Program-made: the position numbers and the translations under genes | The notes under the pieces: generated by a model | Seen by the model: the letters and a program-made list of their open reading frames with translations, nothing else | What the model was told of the DNA's origin: nothing | The model's database searches: none | Shown here: one piece after another, positions 62,873 to 64,000 of the stretch | Layout: every line of letters starts with the position of its first letter | How positions within the stretch are numbered: position 1 is the stretch's first letter | Source: Podarcis gaigeae | Lineage: Eukaryota | Strand: one strand, 5' to 3' | Assembly (NCBI GenBank): GCA_964106915.2 | Contig: OZ066919.1 | Length of the DNA stretch: 64,000 bases

Positions 62873-64000
62873 GTTGTTGTTGATTTAAAAAGTTTTGCTG
62901 CTATTTGGCATCACTGTAAACTATGTATACATATGATTAATAAACTTTTAAATCATACTGATCAGTGACTACCTTCAGTGCTACTTACTTGCACCATATT
63001 TGTGCAGCTTCTATAGCAGTAGCTTATACTACAGATGTCTAAAGACAGCCAACTGTAAGCTTCACCTGTTAACTCATTCTGACCACAAGAGACCTGCTTA
63101 CACATACCTAAGACCATGGCACTGAGCCCCCCCCCCCCAAAAAAATCATTTTCAAGATGCTTGATCTTCAGCACCTTTCCTAAATGGATCTCCAAGATAA
63201 AGTTACTGCCTTGCAGAGGTTTCCTATAATATAGTACCCTGGAATACTGAGCAAGGATTAGAAGCACACTCAGCTTCCCATATTGAAAGCTCAAACTGAA
63301 AACAAAGAAACAGAGTTGAATCCAATGATGCATGAGCAGAGTTTCACTAGTGCAATGACACTTTCCCATCCTCTCTTTGTGTGCCACCAAAATATGCTCG
63401 GGGGGGGGGGGGTTCCCAAACCTCTGGAGCAGATTGGGGAACACTGCAGAACAGAGGAGAGGGCAATTCCATTGCACAACAGAACCCTAAACTTTTAAGA
63501 CCCTTCGAATCATTTGTCTATACTCAAAACTAGCATAAGGTGCAGGATGAAATTATTCAATACCTTAGTATGTTAGACCAAGAACACATCTTAGGTTGGC
63601 TGAGTCACCCTTACTAGACCCAACAATACTGACACAATACCAGCACCACACACACTACCTAAATCCATAGCTTTTCAGTAGGTCTTACAGTGCCATAAAG
63701 TTCATCCCCAAAGGCCCTGGCAGGTTAGTGCTAGTTCTTCCCTCCTGCTGATGGAGGCTACTTGCGGTGGAAAACTGCAAAGCTTTAGACCTGCCCTCCA
63801 TTGGTATGTACATTATTCACATCTTCCTGCTTCAAGCAGGAACAGGAAAGACCCTTTGATGACCATTAGGTGGAACAGAAAAGACTTTCCACCAAAAACA
63901 CAAAGGCGGGAGGCAGAGTCCCTTGCAAACATTAGGGGTTATTTATATAACAGACACCAACTGCTCCTCTGTACCCGTTAGTCCATCAGGTAAATAATGC

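Larger units (their letters stand above)
1..64000 (-). other. ERI3: ERI3 gene body (partial); 5' exons and the ExoIII-encoding 3' exons lie outside the window
   Basis: Introns between the identified exons are 14648, 6257, 2232 and 24689 nt. I did not see the expected next exon (AYSFAMGCWPKNGL...HSGI) in 1-13399, or the upstream exons in 61837-64000. Confidence 0.88.

Overview
Vertebrate nuclear DNA, not prokaryotic. The repeat content (L2 and CR1 LINE fragments, tRNA-derived SINEs, hAT and Tc2 MITEs, a Penelope remnant) indicates a squamate reptile, most likely a lacertid lizard; that assignment is inferred from recalled repeat families. The whole window lies inside ERI3 (DEDDh 3'-5' exoribonuclease) on the minus strand. 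Five internal coding exons (61568-61836, 46803-46919, 40486-40545, 38162-38253, 13400-13472; 611 nt) have canonical GT-AG sites and splice in frame. The first and last exons lie outside the window. The introns hold many transposon remnants, several with intact target-site duplications, plus microsatellites and a 179-N assembly gap. They also hold several repeat-free blocks with PBX-HOX/MEIS/homeobox/SOX motif clusters that look like developmental enhancers. Most interesting leads: a mitochondrial-presequence-like segment in the ERI3 N-terminal exon; candidate stop-containing cassette exons in the 24.7-kb intron; a Penelope hammerhead ribozyme split across both strands; a young Tc2 element carrying a 154-bp tandem array; and the enhancer-like blocks. 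I found no evidence of a wholly novel gene system. Most ORF-track entries are spurious.
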